Assembly (NCBI GenBank): GCA_018334075.1
Contig: JAGXSC010000044.1
Coordinates: 53 to 64,052, forward strand
Source of the DNA: Actinomycetota bacterium
GTDB lineage: Bacteria > Actinomycetota > Coriobacteriia > Anaerosomatales > UBA912
Direction: 5' to 3'
DNA: 64,000 bases
Under the pieces are notes generated by a model. That model did not search any database and was not told the DNA's origin. It saw only the letters and a list, made by a program, of their open reading frames with translations. Positions 1-9,071 of the stretch are shown in pieces. Every line of letters begins with the position of its first letter. Positions within the stretch are counted from its first letter, which is position 1. The translations under genes and the position numbers were made by a program.

Positions 1-11
1 AAGGAGACGAC

Positions 12-533
12 ATGGCCACGATCTATCTTGCCGGAGGGTGCTTCTGGGGTGTCGAGAAGCTCATGGCTTCAGTGCGTGGCGTGAGCTCGACAGAGGCCGG
101 GTACGCCAACGGCACGACCGACTCGCCCACGTACAGTGACGTCGTCACCGGCCGGACCGGATATGCGGAGACCGTGCGCGTCGACTATGACCAGTCCGTC
201 GCGCCTCTGCCGTTCCTGCTCAAGATCTTCTTCGAGGCCATCGACCCGACCTCGCTCAACCGGCAGGGCAACGATGTCGGCACGCAGTACCGCACCGGCA
301 TCTACTACAGCGACCCCGCCGACCTTCCGCTCATCAAGCGCTCGGTCGCGAAGCTCCAGGAACAGTACGCGGAGCCTGTCGTCGTTGAGGTCGAGCTACT
401 GGGCGCCTACACCTCGGCCGAGGAGTACCACCAGGACTACCTCGACAAGAATCCCGGCGGGTACTGCCACATCGACTTCCGGCTGTTCGCGAAGGCTGCC
501 GAAGCCGTCCCGGACGCGTCGCACTTCGAGTAG
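12..533 (+). CDS. msrA: peptide-methionine (S)-S-oxide reductase MsrA
   Basis: 173-aa ORF with the N-terminal active-site motif GCFWG (MATIYLAGGCFWGVE) and a typical MsrA length. Confidence 0.93.
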   Translation: MATIYLAGGCFWGVEKLMASVRGVSSTEAGYANGTTDSPTYSDVVTGRTGYAETVRVDYDQSVAPLPFLLKIFFEAIDPTSLNRQGNDVGTQYRTGIYYSDPADLPLIKRSVAKLQEQYAEPVVVEVELLGAYTSAEEYHQDYLDKNPGGYCHIDFRLFAKAAEAVPDASHFE

Positions 534-638
534 CAGAGGGCAGGCAGCGTCATGCTGCTCGCGCCGAGGTGCTGCGAGCGATTGAGTAGGCACTAGCAGC
601 TTCAGCGGCTCTGTTCGGGAATGCGCCGAGACGTTTTG

Positions 639-667
639 TTGCTTTTTCCCGGTCAAGCTACTAGAAT
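639..667 (+). promoter_or_regulatory. putative sigma-70-type promoter (TTGCTT-17 nt-TAGAAT)
   Basis: -35-like TTGCTT at 639-644, a 17-nt spacer, and -10-like TAGAAT at 662-667, inside a ~290-nt non-coding gap. Confidence 0.3.
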
Positions 668-675
668 GTCAGTGT

Positions 676-745
676 GTTGCGCGAGAGCGCAACCCCCTTA
701 CCCCTGAGCCTCAAGGTGCCGGCCTTGGGGCTCCCTTAATTTTCC
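676..745 (+). ncRNA. candidate small structured RNA or attenuator leader
   Basis: Hairpin GTTGCGC-GAGA-GCGCAAC (676-693, GNRA loop). Unpaired CCCCTTACCCCT (694-705). An 11-bp hairpin GAGCCTCAAGG/CCTTGGGGCTC (706-733, one G.U pair), then CCTTAATTTTCC. No family recognised. Confidence 0.2.
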
Positions 746-825
746 GCATGATGGCGTGCCTAATTCGTCGATCATTTTTCGTTTATACGATAAAGTCTGA
801 GTCAGTTTGTGACGATAGACCTTGC

Positions 826-1092
826 ATGATCATCTCAAGCGAGCAAGCACAAAAAGCCATAGAGTATCTTCAGATGGCAAGCCCTTATGACCTTCCGGCA
901 CGGGAGTATTCAGCGGGTGCACCGGTATGCCCTGGTTTTCTCGGTAAAGTTTGCAATGAACTCCTGAAGTTACCTGATTCTCGAGAAGATCGGATTTGGC
1001 AAGCGCGTCAGGCTATCGTTGGACATCCGCCAGAAGCGGCCCTGGTCGCTGAAAAGATGATCGCGCGGATACTTTCTGATAGTTTGCGCTGA
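826..1092 (+). CDS. hypothetical protein, FlgM-like (possible anti-sigma-28 factor)
   Basis: The ORF track gives 748-1092; ATG 826 was chosen but no clear RBS is visible. The C-terminus REDRIWQARQAIVGHPPEAALVAEKMIARIL resembles the FlgM C-terminal pattern (B. subtilis [32 protein letters not shown], from memory). Confidence 0.35.
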   Translation: MIISSEQAQKAIEYLQMASPYDLPAREYSAGAPVCPGFLGKVCNELLKLPDSREDRIWQARQAIVGHPPEAALVAEKMIARILSDSLR

Positions 1093-1180
1093 TCAGCACC
1101 GGTGCGTTTTATCTCGCTGGAATCTCCGCGGGTTCACCTGCATAATTATGTAGCTACTGGCCCCGGTCTTGGAGATACCC

Positions 1181-1465
1181 ATGCGCGCGAATCCGCTCAC
1201 CACGCTTCTTACTCTAGTTGTAAATCTTTTTGTGATATTGGCAGCTGCGATGGTTGTGGTGACAACCGTTCGCTTTTTTGGGGCACTATCCGCTCATCCA
1301 ATCGGACAGACTGTTGTTGAACTCGGATCGATAATCACGATTCCACTCGGCATCAACCTGGTCAAGACACCTTTCGGCGGCGTATTCGATGCTAATGCCG
1401 CCCTGACTGCAGGTATATTTATGCTAGTTGAGTGGTTAGTTAGTGCTTTGCGCAATCGCTTGTAG
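1181..1465 (+). CDS. small integral membrane protein, unknown function
   Basis: GGAGA RBS 5 nt before ATG 1181. Two to three hydrophobic helices (LLTLVVNLFVILAAAMVVV; AALTAGIFMLVEWLV). Confidence 0.5.
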   Translation: MRANPLTTLLTLVVNLFVILAAAMVVVTTVRFFGALSAHPIGQTVVELGSIITIPLGINLVKTPFGGVFDANAALTAGIFMLVEWLVSALRNRL

Positions 1466-1514
1466 ATATACAGGGCATTTGGCAATATGAACTCTACGTC
1501 GCTTGGAGGAATCA

Positions 1515-3182
1515 GTGGATTACAAGCGTGAGCGTATTGGCGACCTGTTGATCGCTGAAGGGATGGTAACTCCTGAGCAGCTGGCAGACGCACTGGCAGT
1601 TCAGGCGCGCGAGGGGGGCAAGCTCGGCGAGATATTCGTTCGCCAATTGGTGCTGAGTGAAGATATGATCGCGAGCGCTCTGGCGAGCCAAAAGGGATTG
1701 GAGCACGTTTCGCTGCTCACTTACCCGGTGGACAGGGCGGTCGCACAGCTGATACCGGAGCGAATGGCCAAGCGGAACCGGATCATCCCCATTGCTCTTA
1801 GTGACGGGGAACTGACGCTTGCCATGGCCAACCCCTTAGATATTGAATCGATCGATGACGTCGAGCTCCGAACGGGCTATCACGTTCGCCCCGTGGTCAC
1901 AGCGCCTACACAGATAAGGCATGCCATCGATAGATATATCGTCTCTGCCGATGCGCTTCAAGACATAGTTGACAATGCTCAGGATGTAGACGAAACACAG
2001 TTTGATCTTCAGATAGCCGAGGACGTTCCTATCGTTCGGCTCGTCAACCAGCTGGTTCGCGAGGCCGTAAATGATGGGGCCAGCGATATTCACTTTGAGC
2101 CCGGCGAGAAATCGATGACCATCCGCTATCGCGTGGACGGGGTCTTGAGAAAGGTGATGGAGTTGCCCGCTAGCGTTAAAGCGGGCGCGATCAGCAGATT
2201 GAAGATCATGTCCGAGATGGATATCGCCGAGAGAAGGCGCCCGCAAGATGGGAGAATATCCGTCAGAGTTGATGATCGCCCGGTGGACATCAGGGTGGCA
2301 AGTCTTCCTACGCCGCACGGCGAGGCGATAACGCTTCGGATACTCAACTCTGAGCTATCCTTTCACTCCATTGATGATCTTGGCCTGTGCAAGTCGCACG
2401 AGGAAGCTCTCTATCGGCTGATCAAGAAGTCGTACGGCGCAGTGCTTGTATCCGGGCCTACCGGATCGGGAAAATCGACAACCCTCTACGCTATATTGCA
2501 CGAGATCAACGATCCTGCCCGTAAGATCATTACGATTGAGGATCCGGTCGAATATCAACTCGCGGGAGTTACCCAGATGGCGGTGAACGCTCGCATCGGC
2601 CTTACGTTCTCGGCAGGACTTCGGACGATATTGCGATCGGACCCCGATGTCGTAATGGTTGGCGAGGTTCGCGACCCGGAAACCGCCGAGATAGCGATTC
2701 GCTCTGCCCTGACGGGTCACCTGGTTCTGACCTCGATCCACACGAACAATGCTCCGTCAGCCCTTACAAGGCTAACTGACATGGGAGTGGCACCCTACAT
2801 TACGTCCTCAGCTATCGCGGGCGTAGTCGCGCAACGGCTCGTAAGAGCGTTGTGTCAAGAGTGCAAGATCCCACTAAAGGTCCCGAAATCCAGGCTGCTG
2901 GCCGCGGGTTTCTTGCCGGAAGAGGCCGCATCTGTGGTGCTCTTTGGTCCAGGAGGTTGCGAGAAGTGTGGTGACTCCGGTTACAAGGGGCGCCTTGGAA
3001 TCTTTGAGGTTATGGAGATGCACGATGAAATGGTCGTTGCGTTTTTGGATAGAGCTCCAGCCGAGCGCCTCAGGGATCTGTCGCTCGCTGCCGGCATGAT
3101 TCCGCTGCGAAGAGATGGCCTGAACAAGGTCGTAGACGGGGTGACCTCCCTGGATGAGGTTGATCGGGTGGTGTTTGAGTGA
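1515..3182 (+). CDS. pilB: type IV pilus / type II secretion ATPase (PilB/GspE family) with N-terminal MshEN-type domain
   Basis: Walker A GPTGSGKST, Walker B/Asp box DPDVVMVGEVRD, His box LTGHLVLTSIHTN, and a tetracysteine CQEC...CEKC. The N-terminal T2SSE_N carries tandem 24-aa motifs. GTG 1515 follows GGAGGA; TTG 1503 is an alternative start. Confidence 0.92.
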   Translation: MDYKRERIGDLLIAEGMVTPEQLADALAVQAREGGKLGEIFVRQLVLSEDMIASALASQKGLEHVSLLTYPVDRAVAQLIPERMAKRNRIIPIALSDGELTLAMANPLDIESIDDVELRTGYHVRPVVTAPTQIRHAIDRYIVSADALQDIVDNAQDVDETQFDLQIAEDVPIVRLVNQLVREAVNDGASDIHFEPGEKSMTIRYRVDGVLRKVMELPASVKAGAISRLKIMSEMDIAERRRPQDGRISVRVDDRPVDIRVASLPTPHGEAITLRILNSELSFHSIDDLGLCKSHEEALYRLIKKSYGAVLVSGPTGSGKSTTLYAILHEINDPARKIITIEDPVEYQLAGVTQMAVNARIGLTFSAGLRTILRSDPDVVMVGEVRDPETAEIAIRSALTGHLVLTSIHTNNAPSALTRLTDMGVAPYITSSAIAGVVAQRLVRALCQECKIPLKVPKSRLLAAGFLPEEAASVVLFGPGGCEKCGDSGYKGRLGIFEVMEMHDEMVVAFLDRAPAERLRDLSLAAGMIPLRRDGLNKVVDGVTSLDEVDRVVFE

Positions 3183-4378
3183 GGGGCTACTCAGGGGGTC
3201 GTGCGATACTTCTCGTTCTCGATGGCGTAGGAGCTGGCGCTCTTCCGGACGCTGCGGAGTATGGCGACAGCGGTTCTAACACTCTTGCCAACGTTGCTAA
3301 CGCTGTCGGAGGGCTCGATACCCCGAACCTGCAAAAGATGGGGCTAGGCAACATTTTGTCGATCCCGGGAGTTCCACCGACAGCCGAGCCGATCGCTTCC
3401 TGGGGCCGAAACAGAGAGGCGAGTGCCGGAAAAGACACGACCACCGGACACTGGGAGATGATGGGCTTAGTGATTCCTCGGCCATTTCCCACATACCCGC
3501 AAGGTTTTCCCGCCGATGTTCTCGAAGCGTTTACACGCTACACAGGCCTTGGCTGGCTTGGCAACTACCCCGCAAGTGGCACGGAGATCATCCAAGAACT
3601 CGGCGAGGAACACGAAAAGACAGGTTTTCCCATTGTGTACACAAGCGCCGATTCCGTGTTTCAGATCGCCGCACATGAGCAGGTCATCGATATTTCGCGT
3701 CTTTACGATGTGTGTTCCATAGCTCGCGAGAAGGTGTGTGTCGGCGAGCACGCTGTCGGACGCGTGATCGCGAGGCCTTTTATTGGACCCGATAGTGACG
3801 GGAGATACGTTCGCACTCACCGGCGTCGTGATTTTGCGATACCTCCATTCGAGAGAACGGTCTTGGACACCTTGGCCGAGAACGGTGTAGTCACCTACGG
3901 CATCGGAAAGATCGGTGAAATCTTTGCATGGCAGGGTGTCTGTGAGTCGCCCCATACAACGGACAACATGGACGGGTTTTCAAGGCTTGTCGACAGGGTT
4001 GCCTCCGATGATTCGGGATTTGTGTTCGCCAATCTTGTTGATTTCGACATGATCTGGGGTCATCGCAACGATGCTGAGGGGTTTGCCCGAGGACTTCATG
4101 ACGTTGATGCCCGGATGCCGGAGTTGTTAGACGCCATGAATATGGGCGATCTGCTCATCATCACCGCCGATCACGGATGCGATCCTACGACTCCTTCCAC
4201 CGATCATTCAAGGGAGCATACTCCGCTCATCGGCTATATCAAGGGTCTGGATAGGGGAGTCTCGCTGGGTGTCAGGTCGACCTTCGCCGACATCGGAGCT
4301 ACCATTCTTGACTTCTATGGCATCGCCGAGAAACGTACATGGGGTGCTTCGTTTCTGAGTGAGATGAGATCCGCATGA
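3179..4378 (+). CDS. deoB: phosphopentomutase
   Basis: 399 aa. N-terminal ILLVLDGVGAG and C-terminal ITADHGCDPT metal-site motifs. The GTG start overlaps the pilB stop. Confidence 0.9.
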   Translation: MRGYSGGRAILLVLDGVGAGALPDAAEYGDSGSNTLANVANAVGGLDTPNLQKMGLGNILSIPGVPPTAEPIASWGRNREASAGKDTTTGHWEMMGLVIPRPFPTYPQGFPADVLEAFTRYTGLGWLGNYPASGTEIIQELGEEHEKTGFPIVYTSADSVFQIAAHEQVIDISRLYDVCSIAREKVCVGEHAVGRVIARPFIGPDSDGRYVRTHRRRDFAIPPFERTVLDTLAENGVVTYGIGKIGEIFAWQGVCESPHTTDNMDGFSRLVDRVASDDSGFVFANLVDFDMIWGHRNDAEGFARGLHDVDARMPELLDAMNMGDLLIITADHGCDPTTPSTDHSREHTPLIGYIKGLDRGVSLGVRSTFADIGATILDFYGIAEKRTWGASFLSEMRSA

Positions 4379-5679
4379 AGACATTCGAAGAGCTAATCGA
4401 GGTCAAACGAGACGGCCGCTCGCATACCCCGGAAGAGATCGACCGCATCATTCTCGGGTTCGCCAGAGGGGAGATGCCCGACTACCAGATGGCTGCATGG
4501 TTGATGGCGGCCTATATCAATGGCCTTTCCGCAGATGAAACCGTCTGGATTACAGACGCGATGGTTCGCTCCGGAGAGATTTTGGATTTGACGTCGATTG
4601 AGGGAGTCAAAGTCGACAAACATTCAACAGGCGGGGTGGCCGATACGACGACACTCATAGTAGCCCCGCTAGTCGCTGCGAGCGGGGTGCCTGTCGCCAA
4701 GATGTCTGGCCGCGGCTTGGGTCATACTGGTGGAACCCTCGACAAACTCGAGGCAATTCCAGGGTTTCGGGTCGAGCTTGCGCCGGGTGAGTTTATCGAG
4801 CAGGTGCGAAATATCGGAATTGCGGTGATCGCTCAAAGCCCGAAGATTGATCCTGCCGACAAGCTCATATACGCCCTTCGCGATGTGACCGCCACTGTGC
4901 CAAGCGTGCCTTTGATCGTCGCGAGCATTATCTCGAAAAAGATCGCCGGTGGCGCGGACGCCATCGTACTGGACGTGAAGGTCGGCTCCGGCGCTTTTAT
5001 GAAATCCGAGCAGGAAGCCTTGACGCTGGCACAGGAGCTAAAACGAGTCGGTGGCGCTTTGGGCAAGAAGGTGGTGTGCGTGCTGACCGATATGGATCAG
5101 CCGCTCGGTACCTCCATCGGAAACTCACTCGAGGTTCACGAAGCCATCGAGATGCTTAGCGGCAGAGGATCACGTGAGCTTCATGAGGTTGTCATGTCGC
5201 TGGGGGCCATTATGATGACCTTAGGTGAGGTCGCAAGCGATCAAGATGAGGCGCGAGCTCTCCTGGAAGACGCACTTGCTTCAGGCCGGGCGCTTGACAA
5301 GTTTGCTCAGTGGATAGAGTGCCAGGGTGGAAATCCGGATGTCGCAAGGCGTCCCGAGCTGTTGCCGCAGGCAGCATATGCGAGGTCAGTTGCGGCTACC
5401 CAGACAGGGTATATATCTGCCTTCGATGCTGAAAGTGTAGGGCGAGCGGCGATGATTCTGGGGGCAGGCCGAGTCAGGACCGATGATTTGATAGATCCTG
5501 GAGCGGGTATCAGGCTTCATAAACGAAAAGGGGACCATGTGAGTGTTGGTGAGACAATCGCGACACTTTTCACCTCTGACGAGCAACTTTTTGTCTCGGC
5601 GGAGCAAAGATTTCTCTCTGCGGTTATGATCAGTGAAGAGCCGGTATTGCCAGGACCGATCCTTATTCCTGTCGATTAG
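4375..5679 (+). CDS. pdp: pyrimidine-nucleoside (thymidine) phosphorylase
   Basis: 434 aa with the DKHSTGGVAD phosphate-binding motif. 4-nt overlap with deoB. Confidence 0.9.
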   Translation: MKTFEELIEVKRDGRSHTPEEIDRIILGFARGEMPDYQMAAWLMAAYINGLSADETVWITDAMVRSGEILDLTSIEGVKVDKHSTGGVADTTTLIVAPLVAASGVPVAKMSGRGLGHTGGTLDKLEAIPGFRVELAPGEFIEQVRNIGIAVIAQSPKIDPADKLIYALRDVTATVPSVPLIVASIISKKIAGGADAIVLDVKVGSGAFMKSEQEALTLAQELKRVGGALGKKVVCVLTDMDQPLGTSIGNSLEVHEAIEMLSGRGSRELHEVVMSLGAIMMTLGEVASDQDEARALLEDALASGRALDKFAQWIECQGGNPDVARRPELLPQAAYARSVAATQTGYISAFDAESVGRAAMILGAGRVRTDDLIDPGAGIRLHKRKGDHVSVGETIATLFTSDEQLFVSAEQRFLSAVMISEEPVLPGPILIPVD

Positions 5680-5695
5680 CCACCTTGGGCCAGAT

Positions 5696-8347
5696 GTGCA
5701 GATCGTAGTCGGACACGCAAATCCTGATTTTGATGCTTACGCCGCCATGGTAGCCGCGACGAAGCTGTTTCCCGGCGCCAAAGGGGTTTATCTGGGTACG
5801 CAAAACCCGAACGTGCGCGCTTTTCACAATCTGCACCAGGATTTCCTGGACCTTGTCGACTTGAAAGGGCTCGATTTAGACGCGATTACGCGGATGATCA
5901 TTGTGGATACTCGCGATCCTGGTAGGATCGGTGAGCTCAGTGAGGTCGCCAGACGCGCCGACGTCGAGATCATCATCTATGATCACCATCCACCAGCTCA
6001 AGGCGATCTTGCGGTTACAGATGATCGCTCGATGCAGGTCGGCGCGACGACATCTATCCTGGTGCACGAGATACACACACGCGGAATTCAACTCACGCCA
6101 CTGGAGGCGAGCCTGTTGCTTCTCGGTATTCATGAGGACACAGGATCCCTGACGTACCCCGGAGCGACAGCGTATGATGCGCAGGCTGCCACGTTTTTGA
6201 TGGAGGCAGGCGCCGATCTTGAGGTTGTAAATCAGTTTCTCTCCCGCACACTCGACGCTTCGCAGCGTGAGTTACTCGACATGCTCATCGCATCACTTCA
6301 GGTCTGGCAGATCAATGGCCAGTCGATCGTCGTTAGCTGGGCAAGCACAGACAGATACGTCGACAGCGCGAGCGTGCTTACGCACTATATCACCGAGGAC
6401 ATGGGTCACCGCGTCGCGATAGCGATCATTGAAATGCCCGAGAGAACCCAGGTCGTCGCGCGCTCCAGGATGCCGGAGATTGATGTCGGGGCTGTCATGG
6501 CTCGAATCGGGGGAGGAGGGCATCCGCAGGCCGCCTCAGCCGCTTTTCGCGGGGACTCTCTTGATTCGCTGCTAAGCGATATTCGCCAGGCATTGGAAGC
6601 TGAGGTCAGACCGCCGCTTAGGGCATCGGACATCATGTCTTCGCCGGTAAGGGTTATCGGCCCGGACGAATCGATGAGAGCGGCCGGAGCGCTCATGATG
6701 CGCTGGGGGCACGGTGGATTGCCAGTTGTGGCGGACTCCCGGATAGTTGGCCTTGTGACCCGCAAGGATTACGACAAGGCGCACCGCCACACTCTTGATC
6801 ACGCCCCTGTTCGCGGGTTCATGGCTCGCGAGGTTCTCTCTGTCTCTCCCGACACCGATCTTTCCGAGCTCGAGCGATTGCTGGCGACCGCCGGTATCGG
6901 CCGATTACCGGTCGTAAAAGGCGACGAGCTTATCGGGATCGTCACACGAAAAGACCTTCTTCGCGCACAACACGGCGATGAATATCTTGACAGAAAAGCT
7001 CCGGGGATCCGGGAGAGACGCAAAACGCAGTTCCTATTTGGCGTCGAGTCTCTCCTGCCACCTAAAGCTGGCCAGATACTGCAAGAGATAGGGATGTTTG
7101 CCGAGGAACGCAACGTTCGCGCACACGTTGTCGGCGGTTTTGTCAGAGATATCTTGCTCGGACGTCCAAATCTGGATATAGATGTTGTAATCGAGGGCGA
7201 CGGCGTCGATTTTGCGCTCGCCGCAGCGAAGCGATTTGGGGTCAGGGTCAAGATACACAGACGTTTTGGGACCGCGATTCTCATCATGTCAAGGACGCTT
7301 CATATCGATGTGACAAGCGCCCGCACCGAGTACTACACACGTCCCGGCGCACTTCCGACAGTGGAGCGTTCTTCCTTGCGACAGGACCTTTTCCGCAGGG
7401 ATTTTTCGATCAACGCGATGGCGGTTTGCATAAACCCTGAATGCTTCGGTCAGATAGCCGATCCTTTTGGAGGGCTCAAGGATCTGGAGCGACAGAGCCT
7501 TCGGGCTTTGCACACTCTTTCGTTTATCGAGGACCCGACGAGAATACTGCGCGCGGCGCGCTTTGAGAAGAAATTCGGTTTTCGGCTCGAGCCGACGAGC
7601 GAAGAATCGGCGCAAAGAGCCGTTGGGATGAATCTACTCAAGGAGGTTTCCGGCGCCCGGATTCGCGAGGAGATGCTCGACATCATCGACGAGGAGTCGC
7701 CCTCCGCGGTATTTGAGCGATTGCTTGAGCTCGGGGCATTGGGCGTGCTCTTCTATGCGCATGCAGATCCCTCAAGCGTCATCAGGTCACTTCAGGCAAC
7801 CGAGCGGGCCTACTTTGAGATCGCACAGTGGTTTGCCCGTACTCCTCGGCGTAGAGTCGTTCTGATCGCGTCTTTACTTCATGGCGCAAAAAGGCCTATT
7901 GCCGAGCGATGGCTCAAGCACCTGCGCTTTGGCCGTGAGTATTCGCAGGCGGCCATCGCGGTGGCGGATAAAGGGCCATCCTTGTTGAAGGCCCTGAGCA
8001 ACAACCGCAAGATGCGTGATAGCAGGTTGTACCATCTGCTCAAGCCAATACCGGATGAGGCCCTCGTCTGGCTGTGGTCGATGGCGGATGAGAAGGCCAG
8101 ACCTCGTGTGGAAAGATACATCCAGGAGCTCTCCCGCATTAGATGCGCTGTGACCGGTGACGACCTGACTGCAGCGGGACTAACTCCCGGACCGGCATAT
8201 TCCGCTATACTTGCCGAGGCTCTCGACATCAGGCTCGATGGCCGCGCCGTTGGCAGAGAGCAGGAGCTGGCGTCGTTGGGTCGCCTTATCGCAAAACATC
8301 AGCGTAAAGCAGAAAAATGTGAGGAGAATCTGTGTCGACCGAGTTGA
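5696..8347 (+). CDS. multidomain DHH/DHHA1 phosphoesterase - CBS pair - polyA polymerase/CCA-adding nucleotidyltransferase
   Basis: DHH motifs (NPDFDAY, VDTRD, YDHHPP, GGGGHPQAASA), two CBS repeats, and the nucleotidyltransferase head GGFVRDILLGRPNLDIDVV. GTG 5696 was chosen because ATG 5633 overlaps pdp. Confidence 0.85.
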   Translation: MQIVVGHANPDFDAYAAMVAATKLFPGAKGVYLGTQNPNVRAFHNLHQDFLDLVDLKGLDLDAITRMIIVDTRDPGRIGELSEVARRADVEIIIYDHHPPAQGDLAVTDDRSMQVGATTSILVHEIHTRGIQLTPLEASLLLLGIHEDTGSLTYPGATAYDAQAATFLMEAGADLEVVNQFLSRTLDASQRELLDMLIASLQVWQINGQSIVVSWASTDRYVDSASVLTHYITEDMGHRVAIAIIEMPERTQVVARSRMPEIDVGAVMARIGGGGHPQAASAAFRGDSLDSLLSDIRQALEAEVRPPLRASDIMSSPVRVIGPDESMRAAGALMMRWGHGGLPVVADSRIVGLVTRKDYDKAHRHTLDHAPVRGFMAREVLSVSPDTDLSELERLLATAGIGRLPVVKGDELIGIVTRKDLLRAQHGDEYLDRKAPGIRERRKTQFLFGVESLLPPKAGQILQEIGMFAEERNVRAHVVGGFVRDILLGRPNLDIDVVIEGDGVDFALAAAKRFGVRVKIHRRFGTAILIMSRTLHIDVTSARTEYYTRPGALPTVERSSLRQDLFRRDFSINAMAVCINPECFGQIADPFGGLKDLERQSLRALHTLSFIEDPTRILRAARFEKKFGFRLEPTSEESAQRAVGMNLLKEVSGARIREEMLDIIDEESPSAVFERLLELGALGVLFYAHADPSSVIRSLQATERAYFEIAQWFARTPRRRVVLIASLLHGAKRPIAERWLKHLRFGREYSQAAIAVADKGPSLLKALSNNRKMRDSRLYHLLKPIPDEALVWLWSMADEKARPRVERYIQELSRIRCAVTGDDLTAAGLTPGPAYSAILAEALDIRLDGRAVGREQELASLGRLIAKHQRKAEKCEENLCRPS

Positions 8348-8997
8348 TCATTAGTATAGCGATCGGCGTGCTACTCATGATTCCGGCAATTGTCTTTCAC
8401 GAGGTAGCGCACGGCTATGTGGCCTACCTCCTCGGCGACAGTACCGCTAAAAATCAAGGGAGACTCTCTCTCAATCCGATACGTCATGTCGATCCGTTTG
8501 GAACGCTCTTGCTACCACTGATACTTCTTGTCGGAAGCGGCGGCCAGATGGCGTTCGGTTACGCCAAGCCGGTACCGGTCAATACAGCGGCCTTTGCCAA
8601 CCAGCGCGTCGGCATGTTTTTGACTGGCATAGCCGGGCCAGCAACGAACCTCATGATGGCACTCGCTGCGGGGTTGGCGTTTCGGGCGACTGCCTTCATG
8701 GGCGAGGGAATCGCTGCGGCTATTCTCGGCTATATACTATTGAGGTTTGCCCTTTTGAACCTGGTGTTGATGTTCTTCAACTTGATACCGTTGCCGCCAC
8801 TCGATGGATCGCGGATCATCCCGCTTTTCCTTGACGATCGCAAGATGCGCATATACCACCAGGCAGAGCAGTACGGACTGGTGATCCTCATCGCTGCGGT
8901 GTTCCTTTTGCCGCAACTCACAGGGCTTAATCCGCTAGGTTGGTATTTTGGCTTGACGGTAACGCCGCTGCTGAATCTTTTCGCAGGCATCGGCTAG
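8332..8997 (+). CDS. site-2 protease family (M50) membrane metalloprotease
   Basis: HExxH motif (FHEVAHGYV), multiple TM helices, and a LDGSR motif. Confidence 0.8.
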   Translation: MSTELIISIAIGVLLMIPAIVFHEVAHGYVAYLLGDSTAKNQGRLSLNPIRHVDPFGTLLLPLILLVGSGGQMAFGYAKPVPVNTAAFANQRVGMFLTGIAGPATNLMMALAAGLAFRATAFMGEGIAAAILGYILLRFALLNLVLMFFNLIPLPPLDGSRIIPLFLDDRKMRIYHQAEQYGLVILIAAVFLLPQLTGLNPLGWYFGLTVTPLLNLFAGIG

Positions 8998-9071
8998 CAT
9001 AGCTCGCCGGTCAGGTACAATCGCATTCGAAATCCCATCCGTCACCGCGTGATAAGGAAAGCTGTCAGAAG

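Noticed and set aside
136-656. Alternative-frame ORFs within and after msrA (136-585 on the plus strand, 396-656 on the minus strand).
   Set aside because: They overlap the motif-supported msrA frame and have a low-complexity Ser/Arg/Thr-rich composition.
9001-9071. Possible T-box leader upstream of trpS, and a possible glycine riboswitch upstream of gcvT (36750-36756).
   Set aside because: The available non-coding space (about 70 nt and under 10 nt) is far too short for either element, and no specifier or T-box motifs were seen.
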